DNA of 63,927 nucleotides, filler included, from Ionaspis alba (GCA_964255285.1; 3 parts of 3 records of this genome joined end to end with filler, not necessarily neighbours in it), one strand, 5' to 3'; numbered from the whole stretch's first letter, positions 11,241-24,129 are shown. The notes: a model not told the origin generated them from the sequence alone. Numbers and translations: made by a program.

Positions 11241-13697
11241 TCACAAAACACTCTCGACTCGATTCCCTTCCCTCCTCGTAGTCGTCGGCATCCTCGTTCC
11301 CACAAATCCTTTGCGATTCCTGCCTGTCCTGCCCCGTCCCAGCCAATTCAGCTTGAGCTCCCTTGCCAATCCCTCCATCTTCTTCTGGGCTTCATCTTCG
11401 CTCTGCACACTTCCAAGCACACTCACGCACTGAAGCATCCTACCCACAGTCTCGGTGACCTTGGTACTGTCCGGTGGTACCTGGCGTGCACGTTCTTCGA
11501 TACTACGTCGGACCGTCGTACCAGGCGTGAAAGAAGGCAGCTCGGGCGCGGACGTGTTTGAAGTGGCTCGACTGCGTGCTCCGGTGGAGTCGTCCAAGAG
11601 CGTAGACCCTTGTGAATTGAAACTTGCGATGCCAGGATCGAGACTCCCTGACGTGCCGGGACGAGGACTCGCTAGAGGGGCAGGGCTGTCTCGGGAGATA
11701 CTTACGTTGATGCTCTCCAGGCTGAGACGGGAGAATATGGCCTTGAGAGTGTCATGTCGCGGAAGAATGACATTGTCTCTGTAGGATAGTAGAACGATCC
11801 GGCGGACATCGAGGTCATTATCGAATGCCCCCACAGGATCTGGGACAATGCCCCAGAATTCCGCTGCTTCTCGTGGTGTCATGACAGTACCGTTGCCTTT
11901 GAACTCGAGATCTAACGGGAGGAAGACAGATTGCATATACGGAAGGATTGTGCCGAAGACGAAGAGCCACATTTCGACCAAATATGGCACAAGTCGATCA
12001 TCCGGGACTCCCCTGAGAGTTTGTTCGAGAGAGAAGAATCCAGTCTTGAGTAGGTCACGAAGATCTTCCGTAATAGTGGTCGGAGCTCTATTTTTCACAC
12101 ATCGCTGAATGTGTATCAATACCAGTCTGTTTAGATCCTCGACTGGCATTCGGAGCTCCTCTCCTTCGAATATTATGAGAAGCTTTGCTTTCAGGAAATC
12201 CCAGGCATCTTCAGGGGTCATATTGGACACACCAAAACCTTGTATGTTCCCGTATGCCATGTTTTCGTTCGGTATGACCGGAACCGCGCCTAGGCTTGAT
12301 ACATTATTTGCGCTTGCAGGCCCAAGAAAGGATTGACTAGTTCCAAAACTCGACGATGGCGCCCAATCGGTTCTATCAACATCAGATCTTTTACTCTCGA
12401 GAATGGGCATTGCAGCCTTTTCTTCTTTCTTCTTCTCCCGCAATGCACGGCCACCGTGTCTCAGATCTAAACCACTCATCGACTTTGAGAAGGACGTCGT
12501 AGACGGACCGGGAGAGGCAGGGGCAAAAGAGTAGATCGATTGCGGTGCACTTGGGTCTAATGGTCTTGAATTACTCGAGGCGGAAGAAAGTGTCAAAGGA
12601 TGTTCATCCATCTTGTCTTTTAGCTTGTGCTTTTGGCGGGATAGAAAATGGTGCCTATGTGCCTTTTCCTTGTCTTCTGTTTTCGTCTTATCCAGGGGGA
12701 CCAAAGTTGACGTTGATGCATTGTTAGTACTGTATAGCAAAGAAGCGCTGGAGATAGATGGTTCTGTAAGACTGGCTGTGGAGGCATTCATCGTCTTGTA
12801 CATAGAGCTCGGTCCTGGAGACATGATCCTGTTGGGAGAGGGCAACGGCTTGTCCTTCCGATCCGAGTCCTTGTAGCTTGAAATCCCAATATGTTTGGGC
12901 TTTGAAAACAGCTTCATCTTAGGCTTCTCGGGCTTGGCTTTTTGTTCACCTCCAGTATGAGGCTCGAAAGTCGTGAGGCCCGGTGAGAGCTGAGCGCTGC
13001 GAGGAAATGCTGCGTTCGCAGCGCTGGTCGCTGCAATGTTGTGCCCATTATGATATTGCTGGGCTCCTGCACCTCCTCCGCTCGGCCTTCTAGCGTTCGT
13101 CGGGAACTGAACTGATTGTAGTGGAGCAGGCTTGGACTTCCCAGTTGCATTGTCCGGTGGTGATTGCGGACTCGGCACAGTCATGGAGCGCTTCCGAATG
13201 TGTTGTTGATTTGATTGCTGCTGCATTGCAGCCTGTGCGGCAATTTGTGATGCCGTCAAGTTACTCATTGTAGACTGTTCAGCCAACGAAGCTGTGGGTA
13301 GAGATGGCTCAAAGAAGCCTTGAGAGTGCTGCCTCTTATGCCGTTGAGACTCGGTCACAGGATTGAGAGGGGAGTTTTTGCGGGAGGGTTGATCATTGGT
13401 GACATGAGAGATAGATGGTCGAGGATAATTCAACAAAGATGGCGTGCTGGCATTCGAGCTTGATGGAGCAGTTGTGGAGGGCCTGGAAGGGGAAGGCTGC
13501 TGCTTATAGGGCAGTCTTTTACTGGTAGACATTGCTGTAACTTGGGAGGAGCTGGAGGAATCACTCCCGGAAGAGTCCACTCTCTGGTGTATATATTGTG
13601 GTTGTTGTTCTCGAGGTTGCAGCTGTCCGGAAGACGTTGACGTTGATGGCATTGGTGAGAATGTACCAGGACGCCTGTACGTAGAAGAGGAGTCCAT
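11241..13697 (-). CDS. hbrB: HbrB-domain protein (Bit61/PRR5-like, TORC2-associated)
   Basis: 818-aa ORF; DAWDFLKAKLLIIFEGEELRMPVEDLNRLV...WLFVFGTILPYMQSVFLPL...RMLQCVSVL; C-terminal GRGRTGRNRKGFVG. Confidence 0.82.
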   Translation of the reverse strand: MDSSSTYRRPGTFSPMPSTSTSSGQLQPREQQPQYIHQRVDSSGSDSSSSSQVTAMSTSKRLPYKQQPSPSRPSTTAPSSSNASTPSLLNYPRPSISHVTNDQPSRKNSPLNPVTESQRHKRQHSQGFFEPSLPTASLAEQSTMSNLTASQIAAQAAMQQQSNQQHIRKRSMTVPSPQSPPDNATGKSKPAPLQSVQFPTNARRPSGGGAGAQQYHNGHNIAATSAANAAFPRSAQLSPGLTTFEPHTGGEQKAKPEKPKMKLFSKPKHIGISSYKDSDRKDKPLPSPNRIMSPGPSSMYKTMNASTASLTEPSISSASLLYSTNNASTSTLVPLDKTKTEDKEKAHRHHFLSRQKHKLKDKMDEHPLTLSSASSNSRPLDPSAPQSIYSFAPASPGPSTTSFSKSMSGLDLRHGGRALREKKKEEKAAMPILESKRSDVDRTDWAPSSSFGTSQSFLGPASANNVSSLGAVPVIPNENMAYGNIQGFGVSNMTPEDAWDFLKAKLLIIFEGEELRMPVEDLNRLVLIHIQRCVKNRAPTTITEDLRDLLKTGFFSLEQTLRGVPDDRLVPYLVEMWLFVFGTILPYMQSVFLPLDLEFKGNGTVMTPREAAEFWGIVPDPVGAFDNDLDVRRIVLLSYRDNVILPRHDTLKAIFSRLSLESINVSISRDSPAPLASPRPGTSGSLDPGIASFNSQGSTLLDDSTGARSRATSNTSAPELPSFTPGTTVRRSIEERARQVPPDSTKVTETVGRMLQCVSVLGSVQSEDEAQKKMEGLARELKLNWLGRGRTGRNRKGFVGTRMPTTTRREGNRVESVL

Positions 13698-14095
13698 ACA
13701 GATTCACCCACGGCTCAAGAGAGAGCCCACTCGCTCGCAGTCAGCCTGCTTCGAACAACATTCGATATGTCGACGGGCAAGGTATGTTCTCTAGCACTAA
13801 CATCATCTGAGTGATGCGGCCTTCCAGCTAATCTGGTATTCGCTGGAATGTGTGTATATAGCTTGGAATTAATTCAATCGTCTGGCATTGCGATCCTGAT
13901 CCAGACTTCGTTCTTATTAGAATAGAAAAACCCGAGGTCCGGCCCCGCGGTCCTGCAGAGNNNNNNNNNNNNNNNNNNNNNNNNNNNNNNNNNNNNNNNN
14001 NNNNNNNNNNNNNNNNNNNNNNNNNNNNNNNNNNNNNNNNNNNNNNNNNNNNNNNNNNNNTATACTCGCGAACCGGTCACAATAATTTCTCAACA

Positions 14096-14404
14096 ATGGC
14101 TACAAATGGTTCTGTAGCTGGGGATGTTCAGCTAAGGGCAATATACGCGTCACCGGACGGATCACAGAAATTCGAGCATCAACTACCGATCAATTCCGCA
14201 GCTCCTACTACCAAAGACAAAATATCATACCTTTCCACGCTTCGAGAATCTGTCAGCAAGTTGCAAGAGGAGGTTAATTCATTCCTCACGGCTAAAATGG
14301 AAGGGGACAAAAACTCTGCGATCAAATCCGATACTAAGGTTGATGAAGAGGAGGAAGAAAATTATGGAGAGGAGGTCGTGGAAGACGAGACTGTAGTAGT
14401 CTAG
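14096..14404 (+). CDS. GON7: EKC/KEOPS complex subunit Gon7
   Basis: 102 aa; YLSTLRESVSKLQEEVNSFLTAKME followed by acidic EEEENYGEE tail. Confidence 0.82.
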   Translation: MATNGSVAGDVQLRAIYASPDGSQKFEHQLPINSAAPTTKDKISYLSTLRESVSKLQEEVNSFLTAKMEGDKNSAIKSDTKVDEEEEENYGEEVVEDETVVV

Positions 14405-14631
14405 AGGCACAGAAAGCACGACAGCACTATGGACCATTTTGTATTTGCTACCAGCATAATGCACCTAGATCGAAAACGCTTTCACTGTTTCAAAGATTGA
14501 ACTGTATTCAGCCGCTACGGAGTGCAGTGGGTGCACCATGACTGCACAATCCAAAAGCCTCCAGACACCTGCCTCCTTAGGCAGCAGGAAAGGACCGCAA
14601 TATCCGGCAGCCTAGCATCATGAGTCCTATA

Positions 14632-17600
14632 TTACCGGGCTGTGCAACCATAGTGTACGACGGCATTACTAAATACCAGTCACAAAGTGAGGACCGATAA
14701 GTGTAGGGGAGGAGAATATACCTAGGAAGAACCTTGATCACACTACCACCGAACCTCTTATGACATACACCGCATAGTCTTTCTTCGGTGATGACTACAC
14801 TCCGGTTTCGACCCGAATTACCTCCAGGAGTTCCGTCACCAAGATTGAGTTTTGCTTCTTCGGCAACGTTCAGAGTCTTCCGCAGCCCAGCAACTATCCG
14901 CCCTTCATTGACGATGGTATTTGCGGCTCGTATTCTGGCACGGAAATATGATTCGAGCTTCTTTACAGGAAGGACCTCGGGGATGAGATCCAGAGTCGAA
15001 GAAGCAGGAAGTCGAGAACCATGCTTGGCGAGGAGTTCGAGGGCTGGTTCCCATTGTGGTTCATGTGGAGGTGGTGGCGATAGGTAGAGGGACAGGAGAG
15101 ACTGATAAATTGAGGGCGGCCCGTCTTCGTTGGTAGTCGATCTTCTGCGTGAGCGGGCTGGTGAAGACGCCGGGGATAACGTATCTTTCAAGTAGATCTG
15201 ATTACAATAACTGCTCCTATCAACAAACTGACGCGAATTGGGCTGAGCATAAACGTACTCTTCGGCCTTGGCCGGGTCGCCTAATTTGAAGACGTATATA
15301 TCTAGAGCTCGGCGATGTTCATTCATCTTCCCCAGGACTATTGCCCGGGCCTCATAGAAATTGGGATCTTCACCCTGGATCAGTTACGGAGAAGATGTAC
15401 TTAGGGTACGTCAATCAACATACCGTCGCTTGGCATTCGACGAAGAAGCGTCCACGCTTCATAATGCTGGCTAGTTCGGAGAAAATCGAGGAATTTTTCC
15501 TTCCATTCGGCCTTCTCCTCGGTCCCTTGAAATTCGTTGGATATGAGGGCGTTCAGGTATATCTCGAGGAGTCGCTGGTGAAATTCCGGTGTACTGTCTC
15601 CCAGCTCGTCAATAATATGCACGAGATACCTCACTGCAAGATTCCGATCAATCTTCTGTAAAAAGTCGAGCACCTGCGATCTAGGCAGAGTCTCAGCATT
15701 CTCTGTGTCAGCAAGAAAGACCTGCATGCCCAAATCCGGGTCTCGGCGAATCGGCCATTCAACATATTGTAGAATTATATCGATCATCTCTGGTGGTAGG
15801 TTTTGTAAGTAACCCACGGTTCGCTGGGGACCTCGCAGCTGGGGCGGAGTATCATCTCCTTCGTTGCTTTGACCAAATCTCTGTAGCATGTCGAGCGCTT
15901 CCCAATGAAGGTGCTTGCCGTAGAAAAAGTCGATCAGGTCGTTATATCGACCATTTTCTAATAACTTCTCTTTGACGACATCGGCGTCACAGAAGTTAGG
16001 GAGACGGAAGAGAGCTCCTACTAAAGTCGGCTGTGCTAGCATATAGGCACGAAACAGCGTTGTGTCAACCAGCTTTGCTATGTCGAGCAGTCTTTGGTGG
16101 CGATCTGTCGCGTGGCCAGACTGCTGTGGACCAAGCAAGTCATCTAAGCTCGGTTTCCGTGTTGCGAGTTGGCTGTCATTACCATCCATAACACCCTCTT
16201 TGAAACTCCCGTCAGGGTTAAGGTATCTCTGCAATTTTGTTCGGGCGTCAACAAGAAACCCTGCCAGCTCGGAGGTAGCAGTCTTGAGGTCTTTGCTGTC
16301 TTGCCTTGAGTTAGTGATAAACAAGGCGACTGGAAAGAGATCACTCACCAACTTCTGGTCTGGGGGGGATTGGTCCGGATAGATGCGATCTTGTAGCTGC
16401 GTTATCACCATCTTTGGCCTCCGATCCTTGAAGGTTTTGTGGAGATGTGATATCCGTATTTTGGGCCGCCTGTGCAACAACAATTGGTCCTGAAGCATCT
16501 ATTGATTTCTGTTCAATTAGTGCGGCGCCGATCTGATCCTTGGACTTGTGGTTCTCGTCGTTGAAGTTGTCAGTCTGTTGTGTGGTTGAGAATGGCTCAG
16601 ACTTCCCAGAGATGACGGCAGGGTACAGTTCGATGACCCGCTCCGGAGGCGCCGTATACTCTCTAAAAATATCCAATGACTCTCGATATTTCTTACGTTC
16701 GAACAAGTCGTGTGCCTTCAACATATTGATTTCTCGAAGTCGACCCTGTTTATCCTTCAAAAGCGCATCCTCGAGCATTCCTAGCAAGCTTAGAGCCTCA
16801 TCAAGTCGCTTCCGTTCTACCAGTGCGTCTATTTGATCATCGTATCCCAAGGCACCCATTCGCCAGATGCAACGTTCACTCGAAACAAGGAACCCTTTTC
16901 CAGCATGAGCAAGGCTAATGTTTGGTTGCGAGACGTGTAGTTGGTTAGCATTTGGTAGAACAATAGATTGTAAACTGTTAAGAGTCTCCGGATTACGGAT
17001 CTCGAGTGTTCCTTTCGTGGCTTGAAGGGCGAGAAGAAATGGGTAAGAGTATCCTATCGCCTCCGGCGCGACTGACCACGGAATTTGACGACGGTTAAGG
17101 GGTTTGCCTTCGGTATCGATGAACAAGGTGTTGATATCCTTCGCAAGAAGCAGTTGACCTTCACTCAATTTCGTTGCCAAAGGCTTTGGAATCATTCCGC
17201 CCATCCCGATGTACCCCATGCTCGCAACGCCAACACCGCCAAACCTTCCTCCGTCTTGTCCGGGTGCGCCACCGATGCTGCCAGGTCCAACGATGTCGGT
17301 GATCTCAGACGACTCGACATCAACGAGAACATAGCTAGAGCTTAGCCCAGCAACCAACTTCGTTCCAGTGGCCCAGGTCAACGTTTTGATACCAGTGACC
17401 AGGGTCAACTCCAATGTCTCGGATGAAAGCTCGGAGTCGTGCCATGACCAAAGCAGCAACCTTCTCTTTACCGCGACTGCCAGTCGGGAAACAATTGATG
17501 GGACGCCACTTTCATCTTTGACTATGTTAGACGTAGCAGCAAATACGGTAGCACCCTTGGTCCTTGTGAGTGTCTCTTGCAGCTCGTATGTTTGGAGGTC

Positions 17601-17976
17601 GTGGATCGACACATAGCCATTGCTCAGAGAGATCAATATCCTCGCTTCCTTGATAATTGCAAGCTGCTCGATCTTGTATCTGGAGAACTTCTCTTCCTCG
17701 CGCAGGAGCTCAACGGCTTTCGTTGAAGAGGCAGCCGAAGCTTGAATCTCTGTGGTCTCTGGTCCATGGTTGCCGGTGGTTTCATTCACCCGATAAATGC
17801 GGAGGCTGCCTGTACTCAGACCAACAAGTAGACGATCACCTAAGAAAAAGCGCAAGTCAGTCGGGATTCAGCGGCTTAAAATCCAGAAGCAGACCATAGG
17901 CAAGAAGCGATTCAATCTTCGACTTATCTCGCTGTTTCAGCTCCACAATTGGTCGCGCCGTAAAAGCTGACAGCAT
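14632..17976 (-). CDS. VAM6: HOPS subunit Vam6/Vps39 (CNH domain, clathrin-repeat, C-terminal Zn finger)
   Basis: Start MLSAFTARPIVELKQRDKSKIESLLAY; LLVGLSTGSLRIY; VDTTLFRAYM; RLPNFCD; CGVCHKRFGGS...VVHYGC after the last intron. Confidence 0.93.
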
Positions 17977-18422
17977 TGTGAACGAATCACAGTAGTCATT
18001 GCCAAATCAAAGATATATGCTCTCATTCATAGTCCGGTCAACAGAAAGGACTGTTTTCACCACCAGCAAGCTGGATAAAATCTGGGCGGAGGATTTCCGG
18101 ATAAAGCAATACCCATCACCGGGTAGTGCTCTAAAGGAAATCCCATCTCATTTCGGCACAGAATTTATTCGTCCCAGGACTTGACATTGTCTAGACGGTT
18201 TAGTCTGCAATCCATCATAGTTCAATGCGAATGTCCTACGATCATGACTACGGTACAATACCGTCGATGGAACGCATATCTAAGTCAATCTGACGAATAT
18301 AAGCCATCTGGCAGGTAGTGCCTTAAACGGCATTTTTATTGGACATATGCTGGGGTACTAAAGCATATAATTTGTTGGCAGTGTTATAGAAACCCTACTC
18401 AAAGCGGCCCTTTTCCACGGTG

Positions 18423-19804
18423 CTAGTCTGGAAATTCACACTTCGCGATGTTATTTGCGCCAGCATCTTTCCTGCTTTCAATCAACTTCCACAGCTCGTT
18501 CAAAGCCGCACGATCTTCTTTCTCACAATCTGGCCAGCCTGGAGCATGAGAACCAGCCAAATCCCACCGCCAGTCCGTAGGACCCGTAGCAGTATTATAG
18601 TACACATACTGACAAAGGTACGATTTCGAAGTGTCCATTTTCTCATACTCGATGAAAGGCGCCGCTTTGTCGTGCCACCAATTGCCATGTCCCATCCTAA
18701 AGGTTTGGAGTCGGACAAGAGCTTCGCCTAGCTGTGAAAGATGGTGTAACCATCGCTTGTGGTAGGTCCATAAGATAGGCCGAATCACGGAATCACTTGG
18801 AGACTTACTCATTGGAAAGCCGTCGGCGTCGAGTGGTGCTGATACAGTTGCTCCGTACACAATAGGGCAATCATCCAAGTAGAGCGCCTCCAGCGTTGAC
18901 CCATAACTCATGATCCATTGAAAATGTATCTCATGGGCAAAGCTGAAATTACCCAATGCTAAGGTCCTAAGGTGCGGCAACCGAATAATACGGAGATCGA
19001 CCTTTGGGGACCAGCCCCAGTAGCTGTCTTGATAGAGACTCAACGTGGTTAAGTTAGACATGGCTGCGGTTAGCCACTTGGTGATAAGACACTGGAGAGA
19101 GCCGTAAGGCTGTACATGCTGGTGACTGGGCGGTCCTTGGAATTGAGGTATCACCACGTGAAGCTTCAAAACCTTGACTCCTTCCAGAACAGCCAGAAAA
19201 TCTTGGCTGCTCGTAAAGTCCTGGTCTGCATAGTCTTGTATACAGTTGATCGAAAGAGCCTTCAATGTCGGCTTTGATAGCCTAGAGTGGTTCAATGATG
19301 CAAATATTTTCCGGAGAATTTCTGCCCGGAACTGTGGTGTTTCAGGTATGTCCCAGTTCACCCTATGTCCTTCACGTGTGAATCCACACGTGCGATCATG
19401 ACTTAGGGTCAAGCTTCTCAGACGCCCTAGACCTTTGATGTGCTCGAGGGCTGACTGGAACAGGTTGGGAAAGTCGAAGTCCGAGAAAGCGCGCTGATGG
19501 ACGGTCAGCCGTCATCCTCTCAACCATAGAAGGCCTAGCTTCCTACATAAGCACAGTCCTGGAGAACAGTGTCGATTTCCAGGTGACGAACCTGATATCT
19601 GAGCCGGTCTGAAGTGGAAACGTTCACGAATGTGATTATGTTTTCGGTCTCGGTAGTCAAACTCTTCTTTTCGAAGACATACTCGCTAGCTAAGCTGCAA
19701 AAATGGGTCGATACAAGTCGTACGTGGAGTAAGTCAACATAGTCGGTGTGTTGGAGTATTACTCTCTTCAATTCAGTAGGGAGACTTTCCAATGTGGTAG
19801 CCAT
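18423..19804 (-). CDS. F-box domain protein with degenerate LRR-like region (one intron)
   Basis: N-terminal LESLPTELKRVILQH...LLHVRLVS F-box pattern; exon 2 has LTTLSL, LPHLRTLALGNF and LEALYLDDCPI. Confidence 0.75.
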
Positions 19805-20621
19805 GAAGACAAATAGAGCTAGGTCATGGTATGTAGAAAAAATGTTCGGGAAAAAGCACAAGCAGAGCTATCGCAAAGTTCATGCCGCCTCATTGGGATG
19901 ATGTGGAGTGGTGTATGGAAAGTAGTCTCCAGGATGGTACGAGAAAAGCACCCCAGCTGATCCGGACTGAGACTCTCACCTGTATGGAGAGGTATTTTAG
20001 GCAACACTGAAAGGTGCGCTAAGACGCCCATCCCCAAGGCCGTTATTGGTCTTGTCATGGCTCGCCGAAGGGCACAAAGCCACAAGCCGCAACTAGAGGA
20101 AGAGAGCTGGCCATTCGCTACGCCTGACAGCTCATGACAGGCTTCTTCTCCATGGATGCGGTATTCTGTGCCATTATGCTGCAAGAGCTGAACTTCAGCC
20201 TCGGCTTCTGCGGCTCTAATTCCGCCGGATCGGAAAAGTTTCATGGTATCCAATCAGATTCGATGTGGCTGGTGTTCTCGAATATACACTAAAGCTTGAT
20301 TGCCTCTCCTCAGTCTCGCTCAATTGCAACTCTGCAACATTGGTCGTCATACCTGCTTGTTAATCTGGCAACTGACTTTGCTTTCTCTGAGGTCCACGAG
20401 CTAGAGGTTAATACTGCATTTTGCTAGGGCTGGAAGCCACGAAAGCAGGGCCAAAACAGAGTTATCTTCTTTCCCAAAGTCAAGCATCTAGTTTCTTTTC
20501 GTCCGTGGATAAGTGCTTTTATCAAAAGAAACAGACTCTTTTCTCCTGAAATTGTGTAGGAGAAACACTCAAACGTCAAAGTCAGTGGTCTGCTCGTTAG
20601 TGTCGAGTTTTCGTATCTTGA

Positions 20622-22044
20622 ATGGCGACCAAATTTCGAGCTCTGGTCTCGCGTTGGTTGGATGCCGACATAACTGCTAGGAGGCCAGTGTTTAGTCCCA
20701 CAAATGGAAGATGGCTTTGGAACGAAAAGAAATTTATGGCCCAGCACACCGTCAGATTCAACGCAAGAGTACTCAAGTCAATCGCAGCAGAGGCCTTGGA
20801 CGTCGAGAAGGTCAGCCTTGAACCCCTTGCCGAAGGTGCGTCGAACAAGGTCTTCAAGATTCGTGGAGTTGGTCAACGTGCAATCGTCAAGATGCCTGAC
20901 CCCTTCATCCGGCCCGGGCTAGTCACAGCCAGCGAAGTTGCTACAATGGACTACCTCCGGACGGAACTTGGTCTACCCTTGCCAAGGGTCCTTGCATCGA
21001 GTAGCACAGCTGACAACCCAGTGGGCTGCGAGTACATCTTGATGAGGGAAGCAGAAGGTCAAGGATTGGATGGNNNNNNNNNNNNNNNNNNNNNNNNNNN
21101 NNNNNNNNNNNNNNNNNNNNNNNNNNNNNNNNNNNNNNNNNNNNNNNNNNNNNNNNNNNNNNNNNNNNNNNNNTGGAGAATACGGATCGGCAACACTGAA
21201 CACTCCATCGTTCTTCCCAACCAAGACTTCCAGCGACACTTCCGTCGAGGCGTCACTGGCTTTATGGGACCAGTATCGCAAGGTCATTCCGCAGATTGTG
21301 TCAAATTATCCAGCCACGGACCAGATAGCATGCCCGGCCCTATGGCATACAGATCTACACCTTGGCAACATCTACGTCTCACCCGAGGGAACAATAACAA
21401 GCTTAATTGACTGGCAGCGAATAGCCGCTCTCCCACTGTTTTTGCACGCCCAGATTCCTTCTTTTCTTGAGATCCGAGGTGGCCCTCCGCTTCATGACCT
21501 TCCCGAGGATATCAACTCACTGCCCAGAACCGAGCGGAACAAACTTCTAGAACGATACAACCAGACTACACTACGTGAGTACTACCTGGAAAAGGTTCGC
21601 CGAGACTTGCCCGGGTGTTGGAAGGCCCTCAACGGTGAATCTTTGACAGGGTTGTTAAGGTCTGCCATTGCATTTAGCGGAGAGAACTACAATCGAGAGA
21701 CGGACACCATACTGCTTCGAGACACTCTGATCCGGATACAACGAAATTGGGCGGTTCTCACAGCTCATCAAGGCAAGGATGCTGAATCCGTCTGTCCAAT
21801 ATCGTTCAGCGAGGATGTCCTGGCACTTCATCGAGCTGATGGACGAATCTGGAACAAGTACAATGAACTTCTACAAGCGTACAAAATCCCTATACCCAAA
21901 GGCGGCTGGGTTCCCTATGAAGGTTTCAAGGAAGAAAAGGCCAAGCTGAAGGCATTTGTAGAGGAGGTGACGAATTTCTTGGTGACTGAGGAGGAACGTC
22001 AGGTCTTTGCCGCGAAGGTCGATACCTGGAACATGACCAGGTGA
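20622..22044 (+). CDS. APH/choline-kinase-like phosphotransferase (Aim9-like family), interrupted by an N gap
   Basis: LAEGASNKVF; ASEVATMDYLR; NPVGCEYILM; WHTDLHLGNI Brenner-like motif; IDWQ. Confidence 0.82.
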
Positions 22045-22194
22045 TATCATTACAAACTCTTTATTCCTACAACGCTTCTGAGCACGACCTTCGGTTCTTG
22101 ACATCACCCCATGCATTGAGCCGTATTTCAAGCTTGACTGCCCGTCCGTACGCGAAAATTGATGTCTGCCAAAACTCCAGAAACCATCATCAAA

Positions 22195-22739
22195 CTGTCC
22201 TTCCTGCTGAGCTTCAGTTTCTAGCTGGCTCGCCGGACCAGCAGCTGCACGGCCACCCGAAGTCAACCATGCATTCATAGCTTTAATGGGCATACCAATA
22301 TCTCCAGCCGCAAAGACACCTTTGGCACTCATGGCATTCAGATGAGAAGTGACCGCTTCCTCACCAGATTACAAAAGCTCAAGACCCAACTGCTATACAA
22401 ATAGCCCACTTCATTCTGGCCCTGGATCCATGAGCCGAGAAAGCTTCTGTCTTCCAAGAACCTGCTCCAAAATCAACGAATACCTCGCCTATTGTCAGGC
22501 CTTTGACGAGCTGCTGGATCCAGCTGAATCCGGCTGAATCAACCTTGATGTTTGGTTTCGTGATCGCCGCACGGAACTCGCTGGCAAGAGCGTCGTTACC
22601 GTTTGTGTAAATAGTGGTTGTCGAGGCTGATTGCTTAGCCATTGCCGTCACATGAAGAGTCGTTGAAACACCTTTCGAGACTGCCAATTGTAGGGACACC
22701 CGCAGATCCGGCTCTACGGTCTTCATCGCCATGACAAAA
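22195..22739 (-). pseudogene. Degraded GliT/thioredoxin-reductase-like FAD oxidoreductase, 3' part (5' part lost at the contig end)
   Basis: FCHGDEDRRAGSAGV, frameshift, TIYTNGND, frameshift, GLFV*QLGLELL*SG with two in-frame stops, then GVFAAGD. Confidence 0.75.
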
Positions 22740-22839
22740 NNNNNNNNNNNNNNNNNNNNNNNNNNNNNNNNNNNNNNNNNNNNTTAATTAATTAANNNNN
22801 NNNNNNNNNNNNNNNNNNNNNNNNNNNNNNNNNNNNNNN
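22740..22839. other. Artificial contig linker N44-TTAATTAATTAA-N44
   Basis: Six-frame stop spacer at 22784-22795 embedded in Ns. Confidence 0.95.
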
Positions 22840-22846
22840 CTCTCCC

Positions 22847-24061
22847 TCAAGGCGCAACAAACAAATCCCTCTTCATATTAACCCTACACAACTTCGCCAC
22901 ACACCCTCTCAACTGCAACAGCGTCCCCACCCCCTCCAAAACCCTCATATGACAAAACCCAATCTCCCTCACAAACTCCAATCTCGCATGCTCGCTCAAC
23001 CCCCCCACACTCTTCGTAACCCTAAACATCGTCCCCACAATATCATTAGCACTATACCCTAACGCCCACAACTCCTCCAACCCCGCCACGGCCGTATCCA
23101 CCTTCCCCTCCCAACACGCCTTAATAACCGCCTGCACCTTAACCGGATGCGGGGCATCCACAACCCTAAAAACATTATCCCCACTAACCAGTCCAAACCC
23201 AGCCCAGGTACTCTGCAAATTATTAACCGCCTGCCTCATATCCCCCTCGGCACTGAACACCAGCGCCGCAAGCCCATCATCCGTATACTGCACCTTCTCC
23301 GCCTCACAAATCTGCAACAAGCGCGCCACAATCTGGGCATCAGTGAGACGGGCATAGCGTAGGATGGCGCAGCGCGATTGCAGAGGTTCGATGATTTTGT
23401 TGCTGGCGTTGCAGGCGAAGGCGAAGCGGGTGGTGGAGGAGTGGATTTCCATGGTGCGACGGAGGGCTTGTTGGGCGCCGGCGGTCATGCTGTCGGCTTC
23501 GTCGAGGATGACGAGTTTATGTCGGCCGGGGGGGAGGGTGACTTTTTTTTGGGCGAAGCCTTTGATGCGGTTGCGGACTACGTCGATGCCTGGTTTTGGC
23601 GTTCGATGTGTTAGCTGGAATGCTCCCTGATCCAACGATCGCCCTGTTGTTCTCTCGTGTATCAAGGAAGGAGGGAGGTTTCAATGTACCTCTCTCATCA
23701 CTGGCATTCAATTCCAACACCGCCTCTTTGTAAGCATCCCCCAGCATCTGCCGCGCCAGACACAAAATACTCGTCGTCTTGCCAATACCCGGCATGCCGC
23801 TGATGATGACATGAGGCATGTTTCCATCTTTGGCGATGATCTTGAGACGGGCAATGGTTTCTGTGTTGCCCACGATGTCGTCGAGGTAGACGGGGCGGTA
23901 TTTCTCGACCCTGTGGTGTTTGGCATTAGCAATGGGATGATAGAGATAGGAGAGGAAGGGGATTGTCAATACCAGGGGAGTTCGTAGATTGTGCCATCAC
24001 CCGTGTTGTTGGCTTTGATGGTCTTGCGCGCACCGGCGGAGGAGGATTCTGCTATGGCCAT
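22847..24061 (-). CDS. RFC4: Replication factor C small subunit (yeast Rfc4 / human RFC2), two introns
   Basis: [68 protein letters not shown] motif. Confidence 0.96.
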
Positions 24062-24113
24062 CGCAGTGGTGGTGAAGGGTTGCGGGCAATTGTGGTGGTG
24101 TTCTTAAAGTGTT

Positions 24114-24129
24114 ACGCGACTCTACGCGA
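24114..24129. promoter_or_regulatory. Tandem MCB-like elements (ACGCGA x2) upstream of RFC4
   Basis: ACGCGACTCT-ACGCGACTC repeat about 55-70 bp upstream of the ATG of a DNA replication gene. Confidence 0.5.

Noticed and set aside
22784..22795. TTAATTAATTAA palindrome as a piggyBac target site or regulatory element
   Set aside because: Embedded symmetrically in Ns and repeated at 45515; artificial spacer
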